A stretch of DNA of 63,972 bases, counting the filler, from Basidiobolus ranarum (taxonomy: Eukaryota), in the NCBI GenBank assembly GCA_040143965.1. It is 36 parts of 36 records of this genome, joined end to end, with 100 filler letters (N's around TTAATTAATTAA, not from the genome) between each part and the next. Parts side by side here need not be neighbours in the genome. Positions count along the whole stretch, not along the records: positions 51,664 to 53,337 come from JASJQH010011456.1; positions 53,438 to 55,110 come from JASJQH010011457.1; positions 55,211 to 56,883 come from JASJQH010011458.1; positions 56,984 to 58,656 come from JASJQH010011459.1; positions 58,757 to 60,428 come from JASJQH010011460.1; positions 60,529 to 62,200 come from JASJQH010011461.1; positions 62,301 to 63,972 come from JASJQH010011462.1; 29 more parts are not named here. One strand, written 5' to 3'. Position numbers and translations under genes: made by a program. The stretch's first letter is position 1; every line of letters starts with the position of its first letter. A model generated the notes under the pieces. That model was not told the origin of the DNA, searched no databases, and saw only the letters and a program-made list of their open reading frames with translations. This document shows positions 51,664-63,972 of the stretch, piece by piece.

Positions 51664-53337
51664 ATTGTGAAAGATGCAGCAGCAAATGTATTGAATACTG
51701 GCATAGATTCAGTCTATCTTCTTTAAACCTGTAATAAAGTTTTTCATATCCAATTACAAAATCTTTGCACAGTTGCTGTATCTGCCTGAGATCTGCCTAT
51801 GTGAGTTGATGCCATAAGTATATATTGACTATATTGACAAACAACTCTCAACATTGCCAATACTTATCAGGCAGAAATCTTTTCAAGATACCACCTGAAT
51901 ATGTACAAATCCATTACTTCCAGTCTTTGGATTTGAATAAACACCTAGATGAGTGGATATTGATGGGAGTCATGGTAAAATATGATGGTATCTTGATGTT
52001 TTCAAGCATTTTCCCAATCAATTCAAATTTGATCTTATCTCATATGGTATATTCATAATGAATTTTCCACTATATAGCTGATCAAGTAGTATTGGAATGT
52101 TGTTGAATAGTTAGTGCATAGTGCCTAATGGGAAGCTCTGGCTCCAGCTGATCCCCTTTAGTAATACAATCTTAGGCTTAAATCTAATACCAAGTCTGAT
52201 GTTGGACTGACTATTTGGTGAATGGATATCAGTGATCATATTGATATCTGACCAGGCTCTTGACAGTGAAAGCATGAAGTTTAGTGTTGTATTTGGATAG
52301 TAGAAAATGCATATGCCTGTTAGAGTATACTCCATTGATTTGACAAAATCTACAGCAAGATAGTGCATTGTGCCTGCAAAAACCTCCAAATTCACTGATG
52401 GCCCAAGTGTCACCAATACATACAATGATATTAGCTTTAATAAAATGTTCACCCATCTGAACCCCATTAGATAACCATTCAAATTCCAAAATCAAAGGCT
52501 TCAAGAAGCTATCTATAATCAATGGTCATTTAGGTCCAGATATGATGGCAAGTATCAAATATTATGACTCTTATACTGTTCAGAAGCAGTAAGATATATG
52601 TTCATTATAATTAATAGATAGCAAGCCTTTCCAATGGCATATTTGTAGAGTGAGAAACCATCCAGAGCCAATGCAAATGTATGATCATACATGCTCTCAA
52701 AGTAACCTTGATGTTTCAGGTTCTGGTAGTAATATGCATCAAGTATATTGGTAATACCCTCAGCTTTATGGCGACTACTTATATTGCAATAATGCAGCAT
52801 TTGGAAACAACTAGTCAACAGTTAGATTGTCTCTGAACAATGAATTAAGACCTGCAGAATGTTATATTTGAGCTACCACAATATGCAGCTCCCTCCATCC
52901 ATTGTCAATCAACTCCACAACATGAATGTGAACATCACCCTGACAATCTAGCAGAGCAGAATATAAGTCAGACCATTAAGCCTACATAATGACCCAAAAT
53001 TGCTTAAGCACATGAAAGCAGAAATCTCATAGGAAAACTGGCAAACTAAAAGACTCTGAATGTCAGAGCTGCCTTCTCTCGCTCTAATAATGAGTGGTTT
53101 AACATTTTGGAAACTGTGCGGAATCCTGCCCAAAATCAACTGGATTTGAGCCAATTGTGGAAAAACCAAAAACCAGGCATTACTCTGAAGGTTCTTGACT
53201 TATTTTGTGTGGCTTATCCTGGGTTTTTGCAAGCAAATGGCAATTGGGCTAGTATAGGCCTATTTATGAAACATCTCAAAAATGTGCAAAATTATTGACT
53301 TGGAAAAGAAAGAAAAGCAGCTAAAGAAGTATTGTAG
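51664..53337. mobile_element. CACTA (rc) with central deletion: transposase core (-, to ~52780) fused to ORF2 (+)
   Basis: ALDGFS, GD..A, HNALSCCRFC and FPLGTMH motifs. ORF2 reads LWKNQKPG...YPGFLQANGNWA. Confidence 0.9.
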
Positions 53338-53437
53338 NNNNNNNNNNNNNNNNNNNNNNNNNNNNNNNNNNNNNNNNNNNNTTAATTAATTAANNNNNNN
53401 NNNNNNNNNNNNNNNNNNNNNNNNNNNNNNNNNNNNN

Positions 53438-54461
53438 ATGGTAAAATCATGGAGTTTAGTGTTGTATTTGGATAGTAGTAATGCATATGCCTGTTAGAGT
53501 AAACTCCATTGATTTGACAGAATCTACAGCAAGATAGTGCATTGTGCCGGTGAAAGCCTCCAAGTTTACTGATGGTAAGAGTGTCACCAATACATACATT
53601 GATATTAGCTTTAATAAATATTTACCCCTCTGAACTCCATTAGATAAGCGTTCAAATTCTGCAAACAAATGCTCCAAGAAGCTATCTAAAAGCACTGGTG
53701 ATTTAGGTACAGGTATGGTGGATAGTATCAAAATATTATGACTCTTATACCATTCAGAAGGAGGAAGATTTAATTTATTAAAATTATTGGCCAGCAAGCC
53801 TTTCCAATGGTATATTTGTTTAGTGAGAGACCATCCAGAGCCAATGCAAATGCATGATCACACTTGTTCTCAAAGAAACCTTGACTTTTCAGATTCTGGT
53901 AGTAATATCCATCAAATATATTGGTAATACCATCAGCTTTACAGTGAGACTTTGGTATTGGATCAATGATCTATATTTGGGTGATTTCATCAAAACTTTA
54001 AGATGGGAAATCAATGATATGTAAGCAAAATATGAATGATATTTACCTGATTCAGTAATTACCAATTGTGTGCAAACAATACATGACTTCAGGTTTTTCA
54101 GATCACCGGTGAAAGCCAAACAACCATCTGGACATGAAGGCAGTTTAATTACTGATGGATTATAAGTCATATGATTGACAAGTGTTTTCCACTTGTCCCA
54201 GGTTTGTGGCAAGCAACAGTTGCCAATCAACTGTGATAAAAGTGTAAGACAACCAATAAGCACCTGGTTGCTCTCTGAGATTGTAGCCAATCATGTGCAA
54301 CTATTTTGCATGATCTTGAAATTTCACTCCTCAAACTGAAAAAATTGATTAAAATCAAATCTAACTTGACAATTATATGATGGTAAGTAAATGGTCAATC
54401 CTAAATGAATTAAAATTGTGACAGTTTTCCTACAATAACAATCCTCAAATTTCTGTTAGGG
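53438..54461 (-). mobile_element. CACTA transposase piece fused to left end (TIR ends 54461)
   Basis: Matches 56050..56890; terminus TTTCTGTTAGGG. Confidence 0.9.
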
Positions 54462-55110
54462 TATTTTCTTGATTTTAGTTCCAGTTTAAGTCTCAACAAG
54501 TGTCTTAAAATCTCTAAAGATAGAGATAGCTTCTTCTTTTCATACCATAAAGTAGACCCAGTGTATCTTGTATCATCATCAATAAATGTGATTAAATTTC
54601 TTTTTCCACCTAAAGACAAATTTTGCAAAGGTCCACACAGATCTGAATGAATTAGATCCAATTTTTTGATAGATTTGATTAAACCAGAGCTCTTGAACAG
54701 TTTCCTGGCTTGTTTTCCTTATATACAACCCTCTCAAATTTCCATTTTGGTTGGGGGGTTAATTGGAATTCCAGAAATTAGGCAATTTTTGATCATATTG
54801 CTCAAATAATCAAATCCAATATGCCCAAATCTCTTATGCCAAAATTTAATAGTTTCTTGATTGGAATAACTTATATTTACATATATATTTCCTAGATTAT
54901 ATGTCAGTTTGCATATGATTTGATCCCTTTCTCCCAAATATAAATAATTACAATTTTCATCAGTAATGATGCATCCTGCCTTATCAAAATTGCATTTTAG
55001 CCCTTCTGAGGTGGCCTGGCATACAGATATTAAATTTGTAGTAATATCTGAAAAATGTAGTACATCCTTAAAAGTACATACTTTCTGTTCAGAAACTCCA
55101 ATTAAATTGA
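54462..55110 (-). mobile_element. Copia GAG-pre-integrase/integrase remnant
   Basis: WHKRFGHI, DLIHSDLCGP and ITFIDD motifs. Confidence 0.92.
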
Positions 55111-55325
55111 NNNNNNNNNNNNNNNNNNNNNNNNNNNNNNNNNNNNNNNNNNNNTTAATTAATTAANNNNNNNNNNNNNNNNNNNNNNNNNNNNNNNNNN
55201 NNNNNNNNNNCTCAACTGTTGAATAATGCTCAGATCCTGGGTTTTGCACATGTTGGCTGACTACTCCCACCGCAAAAGAGATATCTGGCCAGGTTCCAGT
55301 CATAGCATAGATCAAACTACCCATT

Positions 55326-56883
55326 AAAATTTTCAGATGGTAAACTTTGTGAAATAAAATTGCTTAGAAACAGCTTGTAATAAACTAAAATTGCCATCCA
55401 TTACCAGAAATCTCTTGTAAATCCCCTGATGACTCATCTGTGACACCGTCTCAGAATCAGCTGATGATATTGATGGCCTATACTTAAAATATCACCCTTA
55501 CATGGAAGGTGTTCTTTTTTCTACAATATCCTTCTCATGCTGCAACACAAACATTTAAAGAAGCCCTGCTACTATTGTTGCAAATTCTTGTGCTATGAAA
55601 GCCGGAGGCTTCATAAAAAAAATAATCACAAAGCACAGTAACTGTACAAAGCCACCAGCTGCACAAAGCCTGGTGTATAACAACAGTAATAAGTGCCTAA
55701 ATCGACTTGAGTTTTGCCTATTGAGTCCACTGACTGTAGTTTGCCTCAACGTTTTGGTAACACTGCCAAAAGTCAAGATACTGTGGAGTTACCACAGTCA
55801 TACGACCAGAATGATGTAGGTCAAAATGCAACTTTAGTTGAACCAGTGAGTCCAGACAACTTTGAGGACTTGCTGCTAGATGATGACCTTTGTTATTCCA
55901 GTACTTATGGTAGTATAGCACAAGTTGAAGAAGAAGACAATGCTTTTGTTATGGACTCTTTTTTATTAGCAAACATTAGTCCACCCATAACGCTTAAAGT
56001 AAAGGAAGCAGCTTTGATTGTTGAGGGGTGGAGAGTTCAATCTAATCTTATCAACCAGGTGTTTATTGGTTTTCTTACACTTTTACCAGAGTTGATTGGC
56101 AACTGTTGCTTGCAACAGAGCCGGTACAAGTGGAAAAAACTTGTCAATCATATGACTCATAATCCTTCAGTAATTAAACTGCCTTCATGTCGAAATGGCT
56201 GTTTGGCTTGCACTGGTGATCTAAAAAACCTGAAGTCATGTACTGTTTGCACACAATTGGCAATCAATGAATCAGGTATATATCATTCATATTTGGCTTA
56301 CATACCATTGATTCCCCTTCTTAAAGTTTTGATGAAATCACCCAAATATAGATCATTTATCCAATACCAAAGTACTCACTCTAAAGCTGATGGTATTACC
56401 AATATACTTGATGGGCATTACTACCAGAATCTGAAAAGTCAAGGTTGCTTTGAGAACATGTATCATCATGCATTTGCATTGGCTCTGGGTAGTTTCTCAC
56501 TAAACAAATATACCATTGGAAAGGCTTGCTGGCCAATAATTTTAATCGACTTGAATCTTCCTCCTTCTTAATGGTATAAGAGTCATAATATTTTGATACT
56601 ATTCATCATATCTAGACCTAAATCACCAGTGCTTATAGATAGCTTATTGGAGCCTTTGATTGCAGAATTTGAATGGTAATCTAACAGGGTTCAGATGGGT
56701 GAAAATTTTATTAAAGCTAATATCATTGTAAGTATTGGTGACACTCCTGCCATCAGTAAACCTCAAGGTTTTTGCAGGCACAATGCACTATCTTGCTGTA
56801 GATTTTGTCAAATCAATTGAGTTTACTCTAACAGGCATACACATTACTACTATCCAAATACAACACTAAACTTCATGATTTTA
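55326..56883 (+). mobile_element. CACTA spacer and transposase N-half (putative ATG 55537); Copia RT scrap at 55211..55325 (-)
   Basis: The 285-aa ORF 55714..56571 carries C..GCLA...C..C, YIPL, ILDG and WPIILI.LNLPP. GDTPA and CRFC follow. Confidence 0.92.
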
Positions 56884-56983
56884 NNNNNNNNNNNNNNNNN
56901 NNNNNNNNNNNNNNNNNNNNNNNNNNNTTAATTAATTAANNNNNNNNNNNNNNNNNNNNNNNNNNNNNNNNNNNNNNNNNNNN

Positions 56984-58656
56984 TTCAACTTGACATTCAG
57001 TTTGGAGTTGACCATGCAGATATCTGGGAAGAACTTAATACAGAGTGGCACAATATTGCAGGGTATCTGCCAGATAGCTGGAAGAATGTTGATTTAGCAA
57101 TGTTAATACAATGGTGGGCTTTGATGGAGATATTGATATAAACTCATGTTGGGTATGTGCCAAACCTTGGGTATGAAGAGCTCTATAAAAATATTCAGGA
57201 GAATATATCAAAGAAACTAGGAATTTTGAAGGTGACAAATTAGTGTTCAAGTGGTAAATGTGTAATATTTGAGTTATGTTTTTTGCACATGCATTGATCC
57301 ATAGTTTGCTGAGATTGTACCCAATCATGTGCAGCTATTTTTAAGATCTTGAAATTTCACTCTTGACACTGAAAAAATTGATCAAAATCAAATCTAACTT
57401 GACAATTTTATGACAGTAAGTAAATGGTCAATCCCAAATGGATTAAAATTGTGATGGTTTTCTTACAATAACAATCCTCTAATTTCTGTTAGGGATATTT
57501 AAGCTAGCAGGTGGGCCAATAAGCTGGATTAGCAATCAACACACTGTTGAATTATCAACTACAGAAGCACAATATGTGGCAAGCTCTATTGCTGTTCAAG
57601 TAGCTATATGGCTAAGGAGTCTTCTCAAGCAATGAGGATATGAGCAAGTTGATCCTACGCCAAAATATCAAGATAATATCAGTTGTATCCAGATCATCAA
57701 AACTCCAGAACAGCACTCATATCCCTAACCAAAATGAAATTGATTTGATCTGGATTGGATCCACCCTCCAAAAGAGCAAAATTGTCAGAGAACTGTCACA
57801 ATATTGGTGGCTTGAATTCTGCCAGGGATTTTGAAGGTGTGAGGGTAGTTTCTTAATGGTAATATTACAGTATTCATACATGTTAAGATATTGATCCTCA
57901 AAGTTGGCATGCATTATTCAATATCTGGCAATTGTTCAAAATATAATTTTCAAATGGCGAATTACTGGGTTTACTGCTGTGGGAATTTGAATTATTATGC
58001 AAGCCTGTATTTAGATATTTAAGGCTTTGTATTCGAGCCATAATGAGAATTAAAAAATACAAGAATCCTGTTTTGTTTAGTCTCTACATATGCACATACT
58101 TGACTGATTAGGCATAACTCAACAACATCAATATGCTTTACCAGCAAACTAATGGTGGAAAAATTGCTAAAAATCTGGAATTTTGAATAGCACTGACACT
58201 TGGCAAATAGCTGACTCTTGTTACCATTCACAATGAGAAAAAGCTCTTGGATTTTGGCAAATTCTGTAAAGAATTCAGCCAATATATCCCCAACTTGTGG
58301 TCAACAAATGTCCAGCCACAAGTAGATGTGTCATTGCTTAAATAGATTCCCCATGGCTAAAACAATAATACTGCGTATTTTGATCTATTTCAGCAAGAAG
58401 TCTGTTTTGCAGCTTTCCTAAAAATACAATCAGATTATCACACAAGCAAATTAGTCCAATTATAGGGGTAAGTGCTCTATGTCCATGGATTGGGCTTTGT
58501 TGTTGTTATAGTGCTCAAACAATGCAAAAATCTGTGAGCACATTGAAAAGAGCCCTTTCTTGGCAGGTTAGTATACTCTGGAGTCTCCTTAACCCATTGT
58601 ATTACATCCATCACTGATGTTGCTGATACATTGTTAATCAGATTAGCATACAGTAT
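56984..58656. mobile_element. CACTA left end (rc, to 57494), Copia RNase H scrap (57495..57722), CACTA right end (rc, from 57723)
   Basis: Termini GTTAGGG and CCCTAACC flank GGPISW...STTEAQY...AIWLRSLL. Confidence 0.92.
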
Positions 58657-58756
58657 NNNNNNNNNNNNNNNNNNNNNNNNNNNNNNNNNNNNNNNNNNNN
58701 TTAATTAATTAANNNNNNNNNNNNNNNNNNNNNNNNNNNNNNNNNNNNNNNNNNNN

Positions 58757-58942
58757 GTCTTATTACCCCCACTTATCTATTATATCTTATTACACAAAAC
58801 TCCTGAATATCTCAAACAATTGATTTACTTTTCTACTATATAAGTCACCATATACTCTTAAGAATAAGCTAACTAAAACACACTATCATAAGTTGCTTCT
58901 AATACTCAAAGTCTACCCCCATTATGTCAAGATCCTCCAACA
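58757..58942 (+). mobile_element. LTR family A (3' part)
   Basis: Matches 14870..15052. Confidence 0.88.
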
Positions 58943-60239
58943 CTCACTAATAACCATAAAATTTCATTAATATTTAAACATCATCAAGGATGTATATTAC
59001 AAAACTGACAATCATGATGAGTTTTCTAAATATTATTAGTTTCCAAAGTTAAGTATCCATATATATTTAACCATATTTAGCTCAAAAAAGTAGCAAGGCA
59101 AACTGAAAGCACATGGATATTCATTGACTAGATGTTTTTGAAATCTCATTTAAACTTAGTCAATGTATATTTACTTGTAGAGTGCAGCAAATGGGACATA
59201 TATGAAATGAAATGAATGTAAATTATTGGCAAAAATATAAAAATTGCAAAAGCTTACAGATTAGATAAAGGCTATCCAAGTTAGAAAGTATATGGTAACT
59301 ATGTTGTCAATGGTTTCTCTTTCTTACTTGTGTCAAAGTTCAGATCTCTGACCTTTGGAAAATTTGGGCAAGCCCAATTCTTCCTATATACTAGTAAGCT
59401 TTATATATAGTGTGTAAAGAGTGTGTATAGAGGACTGTATCCCCCAGACCCCCTCTTTTTATCCATACCAGAACATCTATACCCTAAGGCCTAGCTTTGA
59501 AGTTGAAGGTAGAAGCGCAAAATCTGACTAGGGTCGTATGATGATAGCAGTATTACACCAGGGATGTATGAAAAATGTCACAGGATTCTGAGGGCAGGAT
59601 GGAAATTTCTCCAACACCACCAGTGGATGATTCTAACTCTGAAGATTCTTTATTGCTTCTAGCATCAGATATAGGATTCGATAATGAAAGTAACAATGCA
59701 CAACGAATAGCTGATACAGGCTCAGCAGATGCTACACCCTTCGAACTCCCCTTACAGTTAGCAAATACTCTTATCAGGCTTTACCTCAGCAAGTGTTACT
59801 TAGATAAGAATACAAGCTGAAAATCAACACAGAAAGTCATCAAAAAGGTTGAAAAATGGGAGGAAATGGAAGTTTTACAATTTTTTGTAGGAGTAAACAA
59901 TAAAACCGGAAGAAAATTCAATCAGTCAACTTTACGTGTTATTCAGAGTGGATAAATATGTCTCTACTCAGTAACCAGTAAAATAATTCATTGTGAATTA
60001 TATACGATTTACCAACTAGGCTTGCTGAGTACCAACCCTATCAATTTTATGGAGAACTGATCACTCATTGGAGCATACTATACTTCAAGCTAATTCAAGA
60101 ATACGAGTAGGAATTCGATCCGATTCCTTGCAATATCAATTATAGGTAACCATAAGGTTTAGAAGTTTATTACTCTTTCACTGTTGCATCAAAGAAGCAA
60201 TCGGTTATGATTTGAAATGGGATCCGATAGAGGGTACAT

Positions 60240-60428
60240 TTAGCAAGCTCCTAAGTCAGTCCACACACCTTGTTGGCTCGGAGTTTCATTCTGAGTCCAC
60301 CATTTTGCTTGCCAAAGATGTCCATTATAGGTCACCTTTTGGGCCCCATTATAGGCAGTACTTCCATTCCAGGCGGCGACTCCAGCACAGGATCCGGTTC
60401 CTGGATCGTTTGTTGCGGTTGGCTTAGT
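60240..60428 (-). CDS. C-terminal CBM5/12 (ChtBD3) chitin-binding domain of a probable chitin-active enzyme
   Basis: Manual translation: TKPTATNDPGTGSCAGVAAWNGSTAYNGAQKVTYNGHLWQAKWWTQNETPSQQGVWTDLGAC*. Carries the AKWWTQ signature; not in the ORF track. Confidence 0.93.
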   Translation of the reverse strand, partial: TKPTATNDPGTGSCAGVAAWNGSTAYNGAQKVTYNGHLWQAKWWTQNETPSQQGVWTDLGAC

Positions 60429-60528
60429 NNNNNNNNNNNNNNNNNNNNNNNNNNNNNNNNNNNNNNNNNNNNTTAATTAATTAANNNNNNNNNNNNNNNN
60501 NNNNNNNNNNNNNNNNNNNNNNNNNNNN

Positions 60529-62200
60529 TATTCAGGAGAATATATCAAAGAGACTAGGGATTTTGAAGGTGACAAAGTAGTGTTCAAGTGGTAATTGTGT
60601 AAAATTTGAGTTACATTTTTCACACATGTGTTGCTCCATAGTTCTCTGAGATTTTAGCCAATCATTTGCAACTATTTCGTGAGATCTTGAAATTTCACTC
60701 CTGAAACTGAAAAAATTGATTAAAATCAAATATAACTTGACAATTTTATGACGGTAAGTAAACGGTCAATCCCAAATGGATTAAAATTGTGATGGTACAT
60801 TAGCAGATCTCAGGAAGATACAGCAACTGTGCAAAGATTTTATAGTTGGATATAAATAACTTTATCACAGGTTTGAAGAAGATAGATGGAATCTACACTG
60901 GTATTCAATATATTCCCTGCTCCATCTTGCATAATGCATAGAGATTATAGGCCTTTGCTATACATTCTGGGAGTTCCAAATGGAGCACACCTGTGGTGAA
61001 ATGATGCTCTGTGTGAAATCATCAGAATCCTGCATGCTAATCTGCTTAACAATGTATGAGCATAATCAGTGATGAATGTAATGCAATGGGTTAAGGAGAA
61101 TCCAGAGTATATTAAACTGACAACAAAGGTCTCTTTTCAATGTGCCCATGGGGTTTTGCATTGTTTGAGCACAATAGTAGCAACAAAGCCCAATTCATGG
61201 ACACAGAGTATGTATTGCTATAACTGAACTAATTTGGTTGAGTGATAATCTGATGGTATTTTTAGGAAAGCTGCAAGATAGAGTTCTTGGTGAGATAGAT
61301 CAAGATATGTAGTATGATTGTTTTAGCCATGGGGTAGTCAATTCAAGCAATGACACATCTGCTTGTGGCAGGACATTTGTTGACTGCAAGTTGGTGATAT
61401 ATTGGCTGAATTCTTTATGGCAAATAGCCAAAATCCAGGAGCTTATTCTGATTGTGAATGGTAATAAGAGTCAGCTATTTGCCAAGTGTCAGTGCGATTC
61501 AAAATTTCAGATATTTAGCAATTTTTCCACTGTTAGTTTGCTGGTAAAGCATATTGATGTTGTTAGGTTATGTCTAGTCAGTCAAGTATATGCAGATGTA
61601 GAGACTAAACACAACAAGATTCTTATAATTTTTGATTCTCATTACACCTTGAATAAAAAGCCTATGATATCTAAATAAAGCAATGCATATTAAATCAATT
61701 TCTTACAGCAATAAACTTAGTCATTTGCCATTTGAAAATTATCTTTTTCAAAAATTGCTGGATATTGATTAATGCATGCCAAATTTGAGGATCAATGTTT
61801 TACATGTAAGAATACCATCAAAATACCATCAAGAAACTGCGGTCACACCATTAAATTCCCAGGCAGAATGCAAGCCAGCAATATTGTGATGGTTCTCTGA
61901 TGGTTGTGCTATTTTGGAGAATGGATTTGATCCATATCAATTCAATTTTATTTTTGTCACGGAGTCCATAACAAAACCATTGTCTTCTTCTTCAACTTCT
62001 GATTTATTGCCACCAGTACTGGCATAACCAAGGTCAACATCTAGCAGCATGTCCTAAAAGTTGTCTGGACTTACTGGTTCAACCAAAGTTGCATTTCTAT
62101 CTACATCATTCTGGTCATATAACTGTGGTAACTCCATGGTATCTTGACTTTTGGTAGTGTTACCAAAACTTTGAGGCAAAGTACAGTCAGCAGAATCAGT
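60529..62200. mobile_element. Mosaic of CACTA pieces: left region (rc, to ~60796), transposase C-part and right end (+, to ~61962), transposase N-part (-)
   Basis: Homologous to 49890+, 62850..63972 and 55730..55960. Confidence 0.88.
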
Positions 62201-62300
62201 NNNNNNNNNNNNNNNNNNNNNNNNNNNNNNNNNNNNNNNNNNNNTTAATTAATTAANNNNNNNNNNNNNNNNNNNNNNNNNNNNNNNNNNNNNNNNNNNN

Positions 62301-63972
62301 GATTTTGTCAAATCAATGGAGTTTACTCTAACAGGCATATGCATTACAACTATCCAAATACTACACTAAACTTCATGATTTTACCATTGAAAGCCTGGTC
62401 AGATTTCAATATGAGCACTGATATCAATTCACCAAACAGTCAGTCTAACATCAAACTTGGTATTAGCCATAAGCCTAAGGTTATATTGCTAAAGGGGATC
62501 AGCTGGAGCCAGGGCTCCCCATTAGGCACTATGTACTTACTATTCAACAACATTCCAATACTACTTACTCAGCAATATAGTAGAAAATTCAATATGAATT
62601 AGCCATTTGAGATAGGATCAAAGTTTGAATGGATTGGGAAAATGCTTGAAAATGTAAAGATACCATCATTATTTACCAGGACTCCCATCAATATCCACTC
62701 ATCCAGGCATTTATTCAAATGCAAAGACTGGAAGTATTGGATTTGTATATATTCAAGTGGTATTTTGAAAAGATTTCTGCCTGATAAGTATTGGCAACAC
62801 TGGGAGTTGTTTATGGACATTGTTAATATATTTTTATGGCATCAACTCACATTGGCAGATCTCAGGCAGATATAGAAACTGTGCAAAGATTCTGTAATTA
62901 GCTATGAAAAACTTTATTATAGGTATAAAGAAGATAGACTGAATCTATGCCAGTATTCAATATATTTCCTGCTGCATCTTTCACAATGCTTAGAGATTAT
63001 TGGCCTATGCTATACATTCTTGGAGTTCAAAATGGAGCGCACCTGTGGTGAAATGATGCTCCATGTGAAATTGTCAGTATTACCATATGCAAATCTGATT
63101 AACAATGAATCAGCAAAATCAGTGATGGATGTGATGTGATGGTTTAAGGAGACTCCAGAGTGTATTATTCTGCCAACAAAGGGCTCTGTTCAATGTGCTC
63201 ATGAGTTTTTGCATTGTTTGAGCACAAAAACAGCAACAAAGCCCAATCCATGGACACAGAGTCAGTACCTCTATAATTGGACTAATTTGCTTGTGTGATA
63301 ATCTGACAGTATTATTAGGAAAGCCACAAGACAGACTTCTTGGTGAGATAGATCAAGATATGTAGTATTATTGTTTTAGCCATGTGGTAATCTATTCAAG
63401 CAATGACACATTACTTGTGGCAGGACATTTGTTGACTGCAAGTTGGGAATATATTGGCTGAATTCTTTACAGAAATTTGCCAAAATCCAAGAGCTTATTC
63501 TCATTGTGAACTGTAACAAGAGTCAGCTATTTGCCAAGTGTCAGTGCTATTCAAAATTACAGATGTTTAGCAATTTTTCCAGCATTAGTTTGCTGGTGAA
63601 GCATATCGATGTTGTGGAGTTATATCTGATCAATTAGAAATGTGCATATGTAGAGACTAAACACAACAAGATACTTATATTTTTTGATTCTCATTATGGC
63701 TGGAATACAAAGCCTAAAATATCTAAATAAAGGCATGCATATTGAATCAAATTCCTACAGCAGTAAGCCCAGTTATTTGCCATTCAAAAATTATATTTTT
63801 GCAAAAATTGCCAGATATTGAATGATGCATGCCAAAATTGAGGATCTATATTTTAGCATGTATGAATACCATGAAGATACTGTCAAGAAACTGCTGTTAC
63901 ACCATCAAAATCCCTGGCAGAATGCAAGCCACCAACATTGTGATGGTTCTCTGATGGTTTTACTATTTTGGA
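62301..63972 (+). mobile_element. CACTA transposase C-half (stop ~63729) and right subterminal region
   Basis: DWKYW, YWQHW, YEKLYY, LLHL and MERTCG motifs; several stops and frameshifts. Confidence 0.93.

Noticed and set aside
1690-62300. Regular ~1.78-kb periodicity with a conserved TTAATTAATTAA, superficially like an array or cassette system
   Set aside because: It is an N-padded artificial linker between size-sorted contigs.
1-63972. CRISPR arrays, rRNA, tRNA or prokaryotic defence systems
   Set aside because: No short repeat-spacer arrays or RNA-gene signatures were seen; the content is eukaryotic.

Overview
This window is not contiguous genome. It is 36 short contigs (1689 bp falling to 1672 bp, size-sorted) joined by an artificial 100-bp spacer (N44-TTAATTAATTAA-N44), so adjacency across spacers carries no meaning. 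The DNA looks fungal: short GT-AG introns with CTAAC/CTAAT branch sites, fungal-type VMA3 and PRO1, and a C-terminal CBM5/12 domain. An early-diverging lineage is plausible but is inference only. About 29 contigs are nested transposon debris, with Ty1/Copia and Ty3/Gypsy pol remnants and at least 6 LTR families. One abundant DNA transposon can be reconstructed from overlapping fragments as a ~5.2-kb CACTA/EnSpm (CMC)-type element with CCCTA termini. It carries a ~900-aa transposase and a ~560-aa unknown ORF2 transcribed divergently from a 275-bp spacer. Repeats show strong CpG-to-TpG/CpA decay that host genes lack. Host gene pieces are VMA3 and PRO1 (each as gene tail, spacer, then head of the same gene), a spliced 7TM-like gene end, and a chitin-binding domain missed by the ORF track. 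Most ORF-track calls are decayed transposon fragments or spacer artefacts. Internal junction coordinates are approximate and were read by eye.
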